Part shown: in pieces, positions 47,401-58,868 of the stretch
How positions within the stretch are numbered: the stretch's first letter is position 1
How the letters are laid out: every line of letters starts with the position of its first letter
NCBI GenBank assembly: GCA_950097015.1
Contig: CATNEN010000001.1
Span: forward strand, 26,908,001 to 26,972,000
Direction of reading: 5' to 3'
Source of the DNA: Macrostomum hystrix
Lineage: Eukaryota > Animalia > Platyhelminthes
DNA: 64,000 nt
Translations under genes and position numbers: made by a program
The notes under the pieces: generated by a model
The model's database searches: none
Seen by the model: the letters and a program-made list of their open reading frames with translations, nothing else
What the model was told of the DNA's origin: nothing

Positions 47401-49641
47401 GAGATAGTGAATTATGTTCTGAGAAGCACCCTCAGTGACTCTCTCGATGATGCCAAGCGCTTCTTGCTCAGCGATGATGGCCTCACACTGACCAAGTTGA
47501 GATGGGTTGCGTTCCAGGTGACGCCTAGTTGATTGCAATCGTCGGAGTGACAATTCAAAGTGATCGTTCAAGACAATTGATTGCTTCGGAAGAGACCAGG
47601 GCAACTGGACTGAGTAACGTCCATTCTGCAGCTGCGGATTGCAGTAGAAGTTCTCTGAGCTGGGATGAGGCTTATCTTAGATCCCAATGAATCCAGTCCC
47701 CAGAGCGCGAAAACATCCCGAGCTGTCGAGAGGACTGGAGAAATATCTTCCCTAATTGAGCAGAAGAGGGCTAAAGCACAAGTCTCTGCTGTGTCCGAGA
47801 ACCCGGATTCAAGATTGCCTTCTCCATCATCGCTACGAAGAGTCAGAGGACCGCACAGAGGAAACCCTAGTTTGGACGAAATTGCCACTGGACCCGACGC
47901 ACCTCTAACTACAGTATCATCAACTAACTGTTAACAAAAATCCGATTAAATCAGAATCGCAATTGGTGAATGACCGTCCCGAGGATCATACGGATCAGCT
48001 AGATCAAGAGAATGCAGGTGCTCAAAGGCAGTCACGTTGACAGAGCGCTGTGGCGGACAGATGTCCTCAACCACATTTGCACATAGCTGAAAGACTTCGA
48101 AAGAATCCATCTTCCGAATCACGACCTGAGCACTACCCGACTGCATTGCTGCACTTTGTCCCGCGAAGGTCGAGACCTGAAGCTGCTCAGGAGAGTGCAC
48201 CTCAATTCCCATCAGGTCACGCATATCCTGACGAATGTAACTGCGATTGCTGGCTGTGTCAAACAGAACCCGCACCATCATCTCCTTGCGACCATCTGGA
48301 CTGAGAAGGATGGCCTTTGCGACTGGCAAAGCCACAGACGGGTTGCCCGAAATAAGCATCGTTAGAGCGAAATTGTTATCGGGTTAAGATTGAACGGAAG
48401 CCTTCAAGGCAAATTCTGATGACGATGAAGGCCTAGACGAAGTTTCACACGGTTCCGATGCTGTCGTTAGGCACTGGTTGGGAGGTGATGCCTGCCCTTT
48501 GATGACCTTGACTTCTCCGCCGGTTGTCCAGCTTGAGAATGTTGCGGACAGATGCTAACATGATGCTTGCCTGAGCAGCCACGACACAGCCTTGGGTCTT
48601 TGCAGTGAGTGGATAAAGTGACCTGAAACTGCGAGTCTCGGATGCCAGAAAGGCTCGTCGCTGATCTAGAGAAGCGACCTTATAGCAGGACTCAGATGAG
48701 TGCGATCCCTTGCAATCGGTGCAGAAGACCTTCGATGTCTTTTTTGACGCTTTCGGCGAAAGTGTCACGAGAGTTGAGACAGACGAATGACGATGAGAAG
48801 CCTTGTTGGATTCCACTGGTCGCGAAGCCTTAGACGACTCCTTTTGATTTCGGATGCTGAATAGCACTTTCACGCACCGAAATTTCATTTTTTAACGAGT
48901 TCAGAAAACTTTCTAGCGACTTGATAGACGCTCCCCGAGTCTGTGCGGCTCTTAAAAGCTCTAATCGGAAGGCTGATGGACACTTGCTCATCAGCGATGG
49001 AACTAAAAGTGACTCGTACGACTTAGCAGAGACACCCTGCGTATCGACACTGCGCATGGTTGCCGAAATGTCATCGTGAAATTGTTGAAGACCGCGCAAA
49101 GACGGTTCCGATAGGTGGAGCTCTGAGAACTTATGCATTAACTCTTGGATAATTGAACTTATCTATATCAGACAGAGAAGAATTTGAATGTATTGACGAG
49201 TCGAACTGGTCCCAGAAGGACTGCCAAGTCGAAATTTCCCCATCAAAGGTCGGAACCCGAAGCTTAGGCAACTTGACTTGAGGTTGCAGCGAAGATTGAG
49301 TGGGAGGCGAACCAACTAACGGCCTAGAAGATTGAGAAAGAGCAGCCTCCAACATCTTGATGCACGTGAGACACCAAATCTCGTAACGCTCCCCTATCGT
49401 CACGTTCCGACTCTAACTGGCCATCTGAAATTGAGTCTTCTATGGCGTCATCCAGCTCTTGCATAGCACTGAGCCTTGACTTGAGTGTGTCAAGGTACGC
49501 AGCCGTCTCCGCACGCTCGACTTCAGGTTGCACACCTTTGTCCAACACCAGCTCCGCCTTACCAACCATTTTAGTGATGCTGCACCGAATACCTGCCCGT
49601 TTGCGGGTCGAAGCTGCCAGCTCATCCTTTGAGAAAACCAT
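44435..49641 (-). mobile_element. Decayed BEL/Pao LTR retrotransposon (gag-PR-RT-RH-IN); LTRs not recognisable
   Basis: Gag KLPKLRVPTFDGEISTWQSFWDQF; protease VLFDTASNRSYI; RT HYLPH..LRIVFD..ADTEKAFLRI; RNase H LHGFSDAS, TDSMNALQWI; integrase CVTC, GLDYAGP, SDNARTF, PWWGGFW(G)RLV. Many frameshifts and stops. Confidence 0.93.
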
Positions 49642-50277
49642 GACGGAGAAGAAAAGAGGAACTGAGAGCCCCGAGTAAACTGGCAACAAGAAATCCCAGC
49701 TAGAGAGCGACTCAGCGACCAACGAAGGTAGAACAAGGAGTTCAAAAAACCGAAGGGAAGTAACTCGAATGGACACCGAACGCGAAAATTGATTAAAATT
49801 TGAGTTACAGTCATTACAGTGAGCGCATCGTAGGACAGTTGCATAAAACAGTGCAAGACATTTGAATAGAGAGTTGAGCAATTGATCTGAATTCAGCTGG
49901 TGTAAAAAGCATCATTTCGCCAGCCAATAGCAACAGATCTCATTCAAGCGGGATTATATTATAAAGCTAGGATCCTTGAAGCCAGCACAGTTAAACTGAA
50001 AGACCGTGTCCGTTCAATAAGAAGCACCTGTTCTCATCGCCTTTAGAACACCACTGAGTATTTCCTAAAAAGCATTGAAGTCTCAATCAGTTGAAATTCT
50101 TTTTATAGTGAAACATGTCCCACCTTCTTGGAAAAGCTTTACGTAGAAACTATTACTGATAAACTGGGCTTCTAGATTAGAAGAGTCACAATTCAAGGAA
50201 CACAATTTACAGGATCCCAATTCTAAGAATCTCAATTCTAAGAAACGAAATTCTAAGAATAATATGTATGAGAAACC

Positions 50278-51039
50278 CATGGAGGAAAGAATAGATGGAG
50301 TGCCAATCTGAGCCGGTTGTTTTTGTTTCGCTCGATCTTCACTTTTAACATCCCGTTCCCCCCGTTCCTTCCTATTGGCTCGTGACTGCCATAGACGAAC
50401 TCGTTTTCGTCCCCTCTGAAAGTAATATCGTGGACTATGTGACTTTAATGCCAGTGGAAACCGCATGTAAGGCTTTGAGCAAAAGATTCATTCTGCGTCC
50501 CTCTGTATATTAGGTCAAGTCATAAGATTAAATCTAAATCCTGTCAATGATACAATACGGTGATACGGTATATTTTACAGTGTATATACAAAAGTCGTTC
50601 CGTACAAAGAAAACAATATGTGAAGAAAATAGCGAAAGGGACAGCCAAAGGGAACAGAAAATACTTATATACATGGAAAATAAGAGGCAGCACTGAATTC
50701 TGCTGAAAAAACATAAAACACATTTAATTTAACTAATTGCTGTCAGTTGATGCAGTAACTCTTAGAAACTAAGGGAGCTAAAATGCATGCGATTCTGGCA
50801 GCGAAGGGCATCTCAGCTTAGCTGAGCTACACTAGAAACTAATACTCTGAAAAGCATATTTTGATGTATGCTCTTAATACGAACTGGATATTCTTTCAGA
50901 GGGGGGTGAAAACGAGTTCGTCTATGGCAGTCACGAGCCAATAGGAAGGAACGGGTGGGAACGGGATGTTAAAAGTGAAGATCGAGCGAAACAAAAATAA
51001 CCGGCTCAGATTGGCACTCCATCTATTCTTTCCTCCATG
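50278..51039. mobile_element. 762-bp MITE with ~150-bp TIRs (CATGGAGG...) and 6-bp TSD GAAACC, inserted in a 15-bp tandem array
   Basis: 50278-50428 is the reverse complement of about 50888-51039; GAAACC at 50272-50277 and 51040-51045; AATTCTAAGAATCCC-like repeats on both sides (about 50190-50270 and 51045-51290). Confidence 0.85.
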
Positions 51040-51348
51040 GAAACCCAGTACTAAGAATCCCAATTCTAAAAATAACCATTCCAATAATAACGATTCCAAG
51101 AATCCCAATTCCAAAATTGCAAGAATAACAAATCCAAGAATCCCAATTTCAAGAATCCCAATATGTCAAGACGCAATTCCAAGAATCCCAATATGTCAAG
51201 ACGCAATTCCAAGAATCCCAATATGTCAAGACGCAATTCCAAGAGTACCAATTCTAAGAATCCCAATTCATGGAATCCCCATTCAAATAATTTAAATAAT
51301 AAAATAATTCAAATAACAATAAATCTAACTACTCAGTTCTTTGTTAAG

Positions 51349-52264
51349 ATGGACAACGTGACCGCATCCGTGAAGGACGTCTGCCCCAGATTCCAGAGCA
51401 ACTACAAGGGTCGCCCAATAGGTTTGTACTTCTTCTGCATCTACTCCGTCGCGTGCGTTGTGGCACTGGTGGGAAACAGCCTTATTCTGGCCACCGTTCT
51501 GACGGACAAGCGGCAGAGAAGCGTTATCCAGAGACAGACGTTTCGTCTACTGACTCTGGTGCTGTACTGCTGCGAACTGGCCGAAGCCTCCCTGCTGTCG
51601 CAGTTGCTCTTCTGGCTTGGCGTCGGCTATCGAAATCGACTGTTCGGCAGCGACCTGATCAGCCCGAAGTGGAGCGGCAATAGCGAGAATGAGTTATGCG
51701 AGCAACACGTCACCCTGCTGAGAATCCTGTACAGCGCCAGAGACGTAGCCATCGGTTTTGAGGTCTACGTGAACAGCCTGCTGGCTCTAGACCGTCTGTT
51801 GACTATCGCGGCACAGACAAATACTCGATGGAATAGCCGTATTTTCGGTTTGGCGGCCTTGGCTGGTCTGGTTGTCATGGCAACCATAGAAATCGGTATA
51901 CAGTCGTGGCGCTTCAGTCGTTAAGACGACCTCATCGATGTTATGGTGTGCGACCGCGTGATCTTGTCCACCAGAATCAGCACTTACGTGAAGACGGGCA
52001 TAGGGATTTTTAGCCTACCTGTTCTGTGCCTGTGTCTACACTGCCACTGGCGCATTGCTGCTGGTGAGAGCCAGATCGGTGGCTCCGGTTGGCGAGCAGC
52101 GAGCGGCTGCCATTGATCAGGCAATGCGGTTCAGTTCGCCAGCCTCCTGCCTTTGGTTCAATCGCGGCCTAAGGCGTCACCTTGCTAGGCGGCTGGCGTG
52201 CAAGTCTGTCTCCATGATAACCCTGCCTGTGACAGTTGTTGCAAATACTGTTGCTGCTGGTTAG
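51349..52264 (+). pseudogene. Rhodopsin-like GPCR pseudogene
   Basis: TM1 VALVGNSLIL, ECL1 Cys, TM3 NSLLALDRLLTI, TM4; TAA at 51922-51924, then ECL2 Cys/TM5, a frameshift and a TM7/helix-8-like SPASCLWFNRGLRRHL; TM6 apparently deleted. Confidence 0.7.
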
Positions 52265-53255
52265 ATCGGTGGAACCTGACACCCTGAACCTGTCATAAGA
52301 TTTTATTATTATACGAGCACAATACGTAGCACAATAATGCATCGAGACGATAGATGCCTTGTAATCAAGATTGACTAGGAGTTTTGGCCACACAAATTTG
52401 TCTCAGTGACTCAGAAATTTTGTCCATGATTTGTTTCCTCTTTCAATGCATAAAGCGCTATTGATTGGTGTGTAACTCTATCCTGCAAGAAGTTTGACCA
52501 TTATGCTAGCTCACAATCCAAAGCTCACAGCAATATTTACTTAGGAATATTGGAACCCAGAAGCAATTTTTTATTTAGAGCGTAACAATAAGCAGACCAC
52601 AGGGGTATTTCAAATATCCGCATTATTCATTTTTTCTATTTGCCAGAAAAATCCAGAAATCCGAAAAAAGCCAGACAGAATAAAAAAGCATCGGCATCGT
52701 CGAGATGTTGAACGATTCTTGTACGCTCGTAGGGGCTTCTGCTGGGTGGCGAAAACCAGCAATATATAGGTACAGGCAAAATTTCATCAAGAAACCATGT
52801 CTGGTATCATTAGTGATCGTATTGATAATATTGTTTTTTATTTAACCAATACCAATCCGCCATAGAGGTTTCAACAGAGCAATTTTAGCTGTCCTTGTCA
52901 CCAGGGTCTTCGACAAGAGACGCTGAATATCTCGACATTGAAGTAAAAGAAAAAGTTTAATATATAAATAAGGGATCAAACATTCCAATAAATTTAACAA
53001 GAAACCTTGAAGTAAAACAGAAATTTGAGGCAACAAAACTACATTGACCTTGCAGTCCCAACGATAAGTTAATGGCACACTTTCAGTATAGAGCACCTGA
53101 AGCCCAGTACAGACTACGGTTCAACTACGCAAAGTTAATCAGGATTACAATTAAAACCTTTTTTTTCTGTCCCAGCTCCTTAACGGTTTTCAGGATAGTT
53201 GCTACTCATAATTACTGGTCAGCAGGACTCTTCTCGCAGTTCTCGCACACAAAGT

Positions 53256-56195
53256 TCACACCGCGCGCCGCTTTTCAAACTGTTTCACATTATCGGCCAG
53301 CCAGCTGCGAACAGCCGGAAGGTATCTCTTCATCCACTTGACGTTGATGCGAACGTCCTCCAGGGCGTCGTCAATGGCCTGCGTCGCATCGCCCAGGCTG
53401 CCCTTGTGCTTCGCCTTGAACTTCGTCATCTCCAGAAGCTTCTGCTCGCTGTTGAAGTCGGCCAGTGAGTTGATGGCATATGAAACAGGGAAGGAGTCAG
53501 AGATATTTTTATGAATTCTCTCCCAGTTCCCCTGCAGATAGTCCCACACGATATGTTGACGGTTTGGGTTCTCAGAAATGCCAAGCAACACCATGAAGGA
53601 GTCATGCACTCCGACTCTGGATTCGTCGAGAGCATAGTTCAGGTAGCGGTTGAGGATCCGCTGTTCGCTGGTGCAAGCCAGGCTGCGGATGATGTCGTTC
53701 TTAATTCCCGGATATGTTTCAGTCTTGCTGTACTCAAACAGTCGGTCCCAAACGACCACAGAAGAGTTGACCAGTCCTTCACAGAGAACACGGCGTCTGA
53801 TGTCCGGACTGATGATGGTGGTAAAATTTGAGTTCACAAAATCGCCGAACTTTTGCTTTGCAGCCTCCTTGCAACCTCGCACACCGTACAGGCAGGCCGA
53901 TGAGACGATGAGCTCTCGCTTCAGTCGGGTCAGGTGCGTCTCGTTGTCCTTGTTCTCGAGTCCGACTTCGTTGAAGGATCCTTCGAGCAGGTCACGCATG
54001 TAGGCACTCAGAGGACCGTACTCCGGAGACTGTCGGTGTAGCATCAAGTACAGGTAGCTCATCTTCGACAGGGCCGACTGCCACGGAGCAAAGTGGGTCT
54101 CTCTCTTCAAGTACTTGGTCATGTTGAGCGGAACGCTGTAGTCCAGGTAGCCTGCGCTGGCCAGAGAGAAGCTGTCATCGAGGAGACGGGCTCTGTCCTG
54201 CGGAGTGAACACGCTGTGGTTCGACAGCAGCTGTTGGATCAGAGCTTCCCAGTTCGCTGGCTCGTAGTTCACTCTGTAGAAGCCGAGCGAGCGCAGATTG
54301 AGCAGGTACCAACTCGAGCCGGCGTGCAAGTCGAACGTCTGGCTCTTTTCAGCCATCCATTGCACGAATCGTGACACATCCTCCGGAATTCCCGAGGTGA
54401 GATTCTCCTTGGTGCCCAAGGTGACTGGGATGATCCACGTGTAATTGTAGTCACTCTTGTAGCTGGGCTTCTGGCTGGGGTCGCTGAGGAAGTGGTTCTG
54501 GGTCAGTGTGAGCTTGCCTGCACTCCTGGAGCAGTTAAGCACGGGATATCCCATCTGCTTGATCCAGCGGTCCATCACTTGACCCACGTCGAGCGGTTTG
54601 CCCCACGTTTCTTTGTACTGTCGAGCCACACTGTCATAGAGAGCAGTGTGGAATGCGTTGCCGTAACTGTTGTCCGACAGGTATTTTCCGACTCCTTGTC
54701 GGAACACTTTGTCACCCACGACTCCATGAAGCATGCGGAGAACGGTGGCGCCCTTTACGTAGGTGGTGGTGCTGAAGATCTCAGAGATCTGACTCGGATT
54801 ATAAACCGGAAGATAAATTGGACGGCTCTTTACTTTTGAATCGGCATGGAAGGCGTCAAGCTGCTGTTTTGACACGAATTGAGCATCGATTTCCCAATCT
54901 GGATGCATATTTTGCACTCCGATGTTTTGCACGAAACTGGCGAATGCCTCATTGACTGACAGGTCGTCCCACCAGTCCGGAGTGACCAAATTTCCGAACA
55001 ACATGTGGGCGAGCACGTGGCTCACAGTTGAGGTCATTTGTTGGAAAGTATCGCTGGCGCCTTTTGTTTTTTCATATGCTATAATCCCCTCTTGAAACAC
55101 CATCACTCCCCAGCTTTCACTCACGCATGCGTCGAATTTGGGAACTGCAACCTGATCCGTTTTAGTCAGCGGGTATGACACGTTAAAGTAGGACTCAAAG
55201 TGCTGGGTGATGTTCTTGACGGCTTCAAGCGAGTAGTTTGTGGAACTTTTGAACTCGGGTCGAGCCCAGTTGCGATAGACGCGACCCTTGTCGTCTTTGC
55301 TATCTACATAGTCGAATTGAGACACAATGAACGCCAGAAGGTAAGTAGACATGATCGGAGTAGTCTCAAAGTCCTCCTTTACTACAAGATCTGAGTCGGC
55401 CATCTCGCTAAACCACTGCTTGGCATTCACTTTGCTTTGCTGCTTTGAAGGCATGTTGCTGATGGACTTAAAAGTCGCAAGTCTCACTAGGCTGATGTCA
55501 AACTTTGCCTTGAATCCAGGCTCATCGAAACACGGGAACGTCTTCCTGGCGTACGTCAGCATCAGATAAGAAATAGCCATGTACTTTGTAACTCCGTTCT
55601 CAGTGTAGGAGCTCAGATAGAGACCTCCAAGATCAGGCCCAAGTGGACCTCGGAACTTGTCGATCTGCAGGACGATGCTTGAGCTGTTCGCAGGCAGCGG
55701 CTCGCTCGTGTCGATGCTGTACCACTGACGCTTGTCGTCGTACACAACGCTCGTGACGGTGAAGTCTTTCTTGGAGCTGTTATCGTAGATCTTTATATCC
55801 TGGACCGTCAGCGAGATCCTGTCTGCGTGCAGCTTGAGGTTGCGGGTGCTCTCTTTGACACGGAGCCTCACCCTGACGGAGCCGGTGAAGTAGAAGGCCG
55901 ATGCGTTCGTCCCGTAGATGTAGGGCGCCAGGGTGACGCTGTAGTGCATGGGCTTGACCCCAGCCGGCAGTCGGACGTCTTTTACGAGCGGCGGCGCCGT
56001 CGAGGGTTCCGGAGTCGCCGGCGGCGGACTTCTCACCGTTGTCACCGCCACCACGGAGTCCGCGGAGTCCGCGAAGACGAGCGCGAGCAGGACGAGAATC
56101 GGCACCGTCAGGAAGAGGCCTCTCTTGCCCGAGCCGCCACTTGCCCCGATGTTGACGCTGTTCTCGGACCCCTTGTAAACTGCGTAGCCGCCCAT
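53256..56195 (-). CDS. Aminopeptidase N-like (M1 family) type II membrane protein, 979 aa, intronless, predicted catalytically inactive
   Basis: N-terminal TM, RLP..VKPMHY, ARKTFPCFDEPGFKA, MSTYLLAF, FGNLVTPDWWDDL, YVKGA, GFYRVNYE, ERAP1-like C-domain. GAMEN reads CVSES and HEXXH reads HVLAH. Confidence 0.92.
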   Translation of the reverse strand: MGGYAVYKGSENSVNIGASGGSGKRGLFLTVPILVLLALVFADSADSVVAVTTVRSPPPATPEPSTAPPLVKDVRLPAGVKPMHYSVTLAPYIYGTNASAFYFTGSVRVRLRVKESTRNLKLHADRISLTVQDIKIYDNSSKKDFTVTSVVYDDKRQWYSIDTSEPLPANSSSIVLQIDKFRGPLGPDLGGLYLSSYTENGVTKYMAISYLMLTYARKTFPCFDEPGFKAKFDISLVRLATFKSISNMPSKQQSKVNAKQWFSEMADSDLVVKEDFETTPIMSTYLLAFIVSQFDYVDSKDDKGRVYRNWARPEFKSSTNYSLEAVKNITQHFESYFNVSYPLTKTDQVAVPKFDACVSESWGVMVFQEGIIAYEKTKGASDTFQQMTSTVSHVLAHMLFGNLVTPDWWDDLSVNEAFASFVQNIGVQNMHPDWEIDAQFVSKQQLDAFHADSKVKSRPIYLPVYNPSQISEIFSTTTYVKGATVLRMLHGVVGDKVFRQGVGKYLSDNSYGNAFHTALYDSVARQYKETWGKPLDVGQVMDRWIKQMGYPVLNCSRSAGKLTLTQNHFLSDPSQKPSYKSDYNYTWIIPVTLGTKENLTSGIPEDVSRFVQWMAEKSQTFDLHAGSSWYLLNLRSLGFYRVNYEPANWEALIQQLLSNHSVFTPQDRARLLDDSFSLASAGYLDYSVPLNMTKYLKRETHFAPWQSALSKMSYLYLMLHRQSPEYGPLSAYMRDLLEGSFNEVGLENKDNETHLTRLKRELIVSSACLYGVRGCKEAAKQKFGDFVNSNFTTIISPDIRRRVLCEGLVNSSVVVWDRLFEYSKTETYPGIKNDIIRSLACTSEQRILNRYLNYALDESRVGVHDSFMVLLGISENPNRQHIVWDYLQGNWERIHKNISDSFPVSYAINSLADFNSEQKLLEMTKFKAKHKGSLGDATQAIDDALEDVRINVKWMKRYLPAVRSWLADNVKQFEKRRAV

Positions 56196-56645
56196 TTTTC
56201 CGCAATGGTTTCGCGAACACGAATTTTAAGAAGTTGTTAGATATATATACACGGTTTTTGCAACGTGTAGATTTATTTTTAGCGAGATAGTCAGTGAGTC
56301 AGTAAAATGTTTGCGACGAAGTTATTTGAAATATAGAAGTATTGATTAGCAGTTGGCTGAATTTACAATTGCCTTTTTGAGAAAATTATAAAAAATCAGC
56401 GCTGACTTGGCGGAGTGGAGTTGTTCTCTTACATTTTATTCATTGAAATTCTCACCTCTCGGGTGAATTACATTAATAATTCGTTTTTTTCATTAACATG
56501 AATGATTGAAATATTTATATCGGCATATTGAAAGCATGGTCTTTTCGTGCCAGTTTCATTTTTTTATAGAAAATGAAAATTATGTATAGAAATACTTGAA
56601 AGCGGGGCGTAAAATTGCTAGTCGTCAGTTATAATAAAATTAAAA

Positions 56646-58535
56646 ACTATATGGATTAATGTCAATTGTACCATGACTACGTGGCTATCGGGCGGGCTGA
56701 TATTCGATTATTGCCATAGACGATGTCATTTTGGCCCGAAAAGTTGGGCCGATAATGGATTATTTTTGTGTATTTTAACGTATTTCAACAAAATAAACAA
56801 AACATCCAACAAAGCAGTTAGAGTCCAGAGCCAAAGCCTAATTTCGCAAAGCGACCTTTTTGCACTCACATATAAATGTAACATTTAGCCCCGTTCTTCT
56901 CCAAGACGATCGTCGGGCCGGATTTATCAGGCTGGCCAATAGTTGTGACGGCAGTTGGAACGCTGGATGACTTTTCGCAGAGTGCTTGTGCTTGATGTCT
57001 GACCACGCTCGATGTAGAGGCATGTAGACTATCTGTGATAGCCGAAGACAATGCGCGCTTCTGGGCCACTGTTGTCCGCTTTGTATAACGGACAACACTA
57101 TCCACCTTTTTGTGCCCAGAGACGGTTTGAATCGCTTCGGCACTGAATCCAGCAGAAGACAGGTTTGTTATGGTTGTTGCGCGGATCGAATGGTTGGTGT
57201 AGTCCCGCGAGAGCCTGGCCGCTTTCGAGATCGTCTTCATCATGCTGGCCAATGTGTTCTTGCCCAATACATCTTTTGGGCAATACCATGCTCCATTCTG
57301 CCACTTGACGGCAGGCCTGGGAAACAGAGAGCCGTTCTCAGATGGAAGCTTCGAAAGATACAGTTTGATCGCTTCAACTGGGCACACAGATTTGTCTTGC
57401 ACAGGAAAAATCCCAATCTCGCGATTGGACCGAGGGGCATCGGCGGACACACACTTTTCTTTCTTTTCTTTCTGCAAGTCAACGCACGTCATACCTCCGG
57501 TGGATTCCCGCAGAATGACATCTTTTTTCTCAAGCGCTCGAATCCATTCACGTCCACGAAAGGCAAAGTGTGAGCTCAGGACAAAGAAGACTTCCTGTTG
57601 CAGTTTCTGTGGCGAGCTCCGGTCGAAGTACGCATGCAACAACGCCAAATCTTCAGGCTCCAATGCTCGATACCCACCGTCACCATCCATCACCGAAACA
57701 GGTTTCTTCAGAGAGTACGTAAGAGCAGCTTTGAAAGTCTTCTCAAAAGCGCTAAATTCAACATTGCCGATGATATCCAAACCTCGTAAATTCTTCAAAT
57801 ACCGGTAGATTCCTGCGCGCATGCATACCAGCGAACTGCAACTGTGCGCCGTTCCATCATCCTTTTTAACCACTGAAAAATACAGGCGCAGATAGTGACA
57901 TAAATATCGAGTCGGTATTGTCTCAAGTTGCGATGGCAGTCCTCGATCGTCAAGAAATTTTCGGAAACGAGCGGCGTACGTAGCTGTTGCCTTCTCAGTA
58001 GACCAGACTTTGCCTAAGTCCTCCATCTTGGCAATTTCATTCAGGTCTTCGTCAGTCAAAGCCTTACATGTGGACACTTCAGCCAGAAAACTCTCAATCA
58101 TTTCCGTCTCAAGTACTGGCAGTCCCGTGGACTGATATACAGCTTCTTCCTCGCGCCGTCCATCACTAAGCGTGGTCACGAATTGAAGTTCGTCCGATGA
58201 GAGACCAGAAATTTCTTTCTCTAAAATTGCTTTGTAGTTCAGCATGGTCGATCTAGCATATGACGGTGAAGAATAAAGAAGTCTAGCTTCTTTCTCTAGT
58301 TGTTTGCTTCTCTTTGCTTCATTATTCTTTATCTTATAATTGAACTGTATAGTTTGTGATTAAATCATTTTGTCTATGGCTGATATGGTTTGTCTTGTTA
58401 CTCAGCCACATAGTCTATGGTACAATCACAGTATTACCCAGGCTTTGCGGGCGATAATGAGAAATCCCTCGGGCGCCTTCGGCGCCCTCTGGCTTTCCCA
58501 TTATCGCCCTGAAAGCCTGGGTAATAATATACTAT
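56646..58535 (-). mobile_element. Crypton-type tyrosine-recombinase DNA transposon, apparently complete
   Basis: 5-bp direct repeat ACTAT at 56646-56650 and 58531-58535; subterminal inverted repeats at 56665-56686 and 58404-58426; 95-nt hairpin at 58432-58526; one YR ORF. Confidence 0.75.
56866..58245 (-). CDS. Tyrosine recombinase (Crypton / DUF3504-like), 459 aa
   Basis: FSVVKKDDG..SSLVCMRAGIYRYL N-domain; catalytic FAFRGRE, TNHSIRAT, SGHK, VVRY; CPVEAIKLYLSK and LGKNTL motifs. Uninterrupted ORF. Confidence 0.9.
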   Translation of the reverse strand: MLNYKAILEKEISGLSSDELQFVTTLSDGRREEEAVYQSTGLPVLETEMIESFLAEVSTCKALTDEDLNEIAKMEDLGKVWSTEKATATYAARFRKFLDDRGLPSQLETIPTRYLCHYLRLYFSVVKKDDGTAHSCSSLVCMRAGIYRYLKNLRGLDIIGNVEFSAFEKTFKAALTYSLKKPVSVMDGDGGYRALEPEDLALLHAYFDRSSPQKLQQEVFFVLSSHFAFRGREWIRALEKKDVILRESTGGMTCVDLQKEKKEKCVSADAPRSNREIGIFPVQDKSVCPVEAIKLYLSKLPSENGSLFPRPAVKWQNGAWYCPKDVLGKNTLASMMKTISKAARLSRDYTNHSIRATTITNLSSAGFSAEAIQTVSGHKKVDSVVRYTKRTTVAQKRALSSAITDSLHASTSSVVRHQAQALCEKSSSVPTAVTTIGQPDKSGPTIVLEKNGAKCYIYM

Positions 58536-58868
58536 TCAATCAATGTAAAAAAGTGGTCTTGTGATTGTTCTAGCGAACGCGTTGTCAGATTTTCGTGATT
58601 CTTTCTCTAAAAGGCTTGACTTCTAAACAAGATGGTGCACGTTAATGTTCTTATAATTTCCTTTATTGTAAAGGCATTAAATTTTTTCGAAAAGCATTCA
58701 TTTTCCGCAAAACTTTCAAGCTCATTGGGCGCATCAGTCTGTTGTATAATTTTGCATTGGTGCTTTTTCTCGCCCGCGCGTGCGTTAGTAGGACAGAACA
58801 GGACCGATACTCACAATTGAATGCGTCACTGCTTTCAGCACCCATGCCTGCGTTTATTATGGCGATAG

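Noticed and set aside
49650-50100. 5' LTR and PBS of the BEL element
   Set aside because: No second copy is available for comparison and there is no clear CA-TGG junction.
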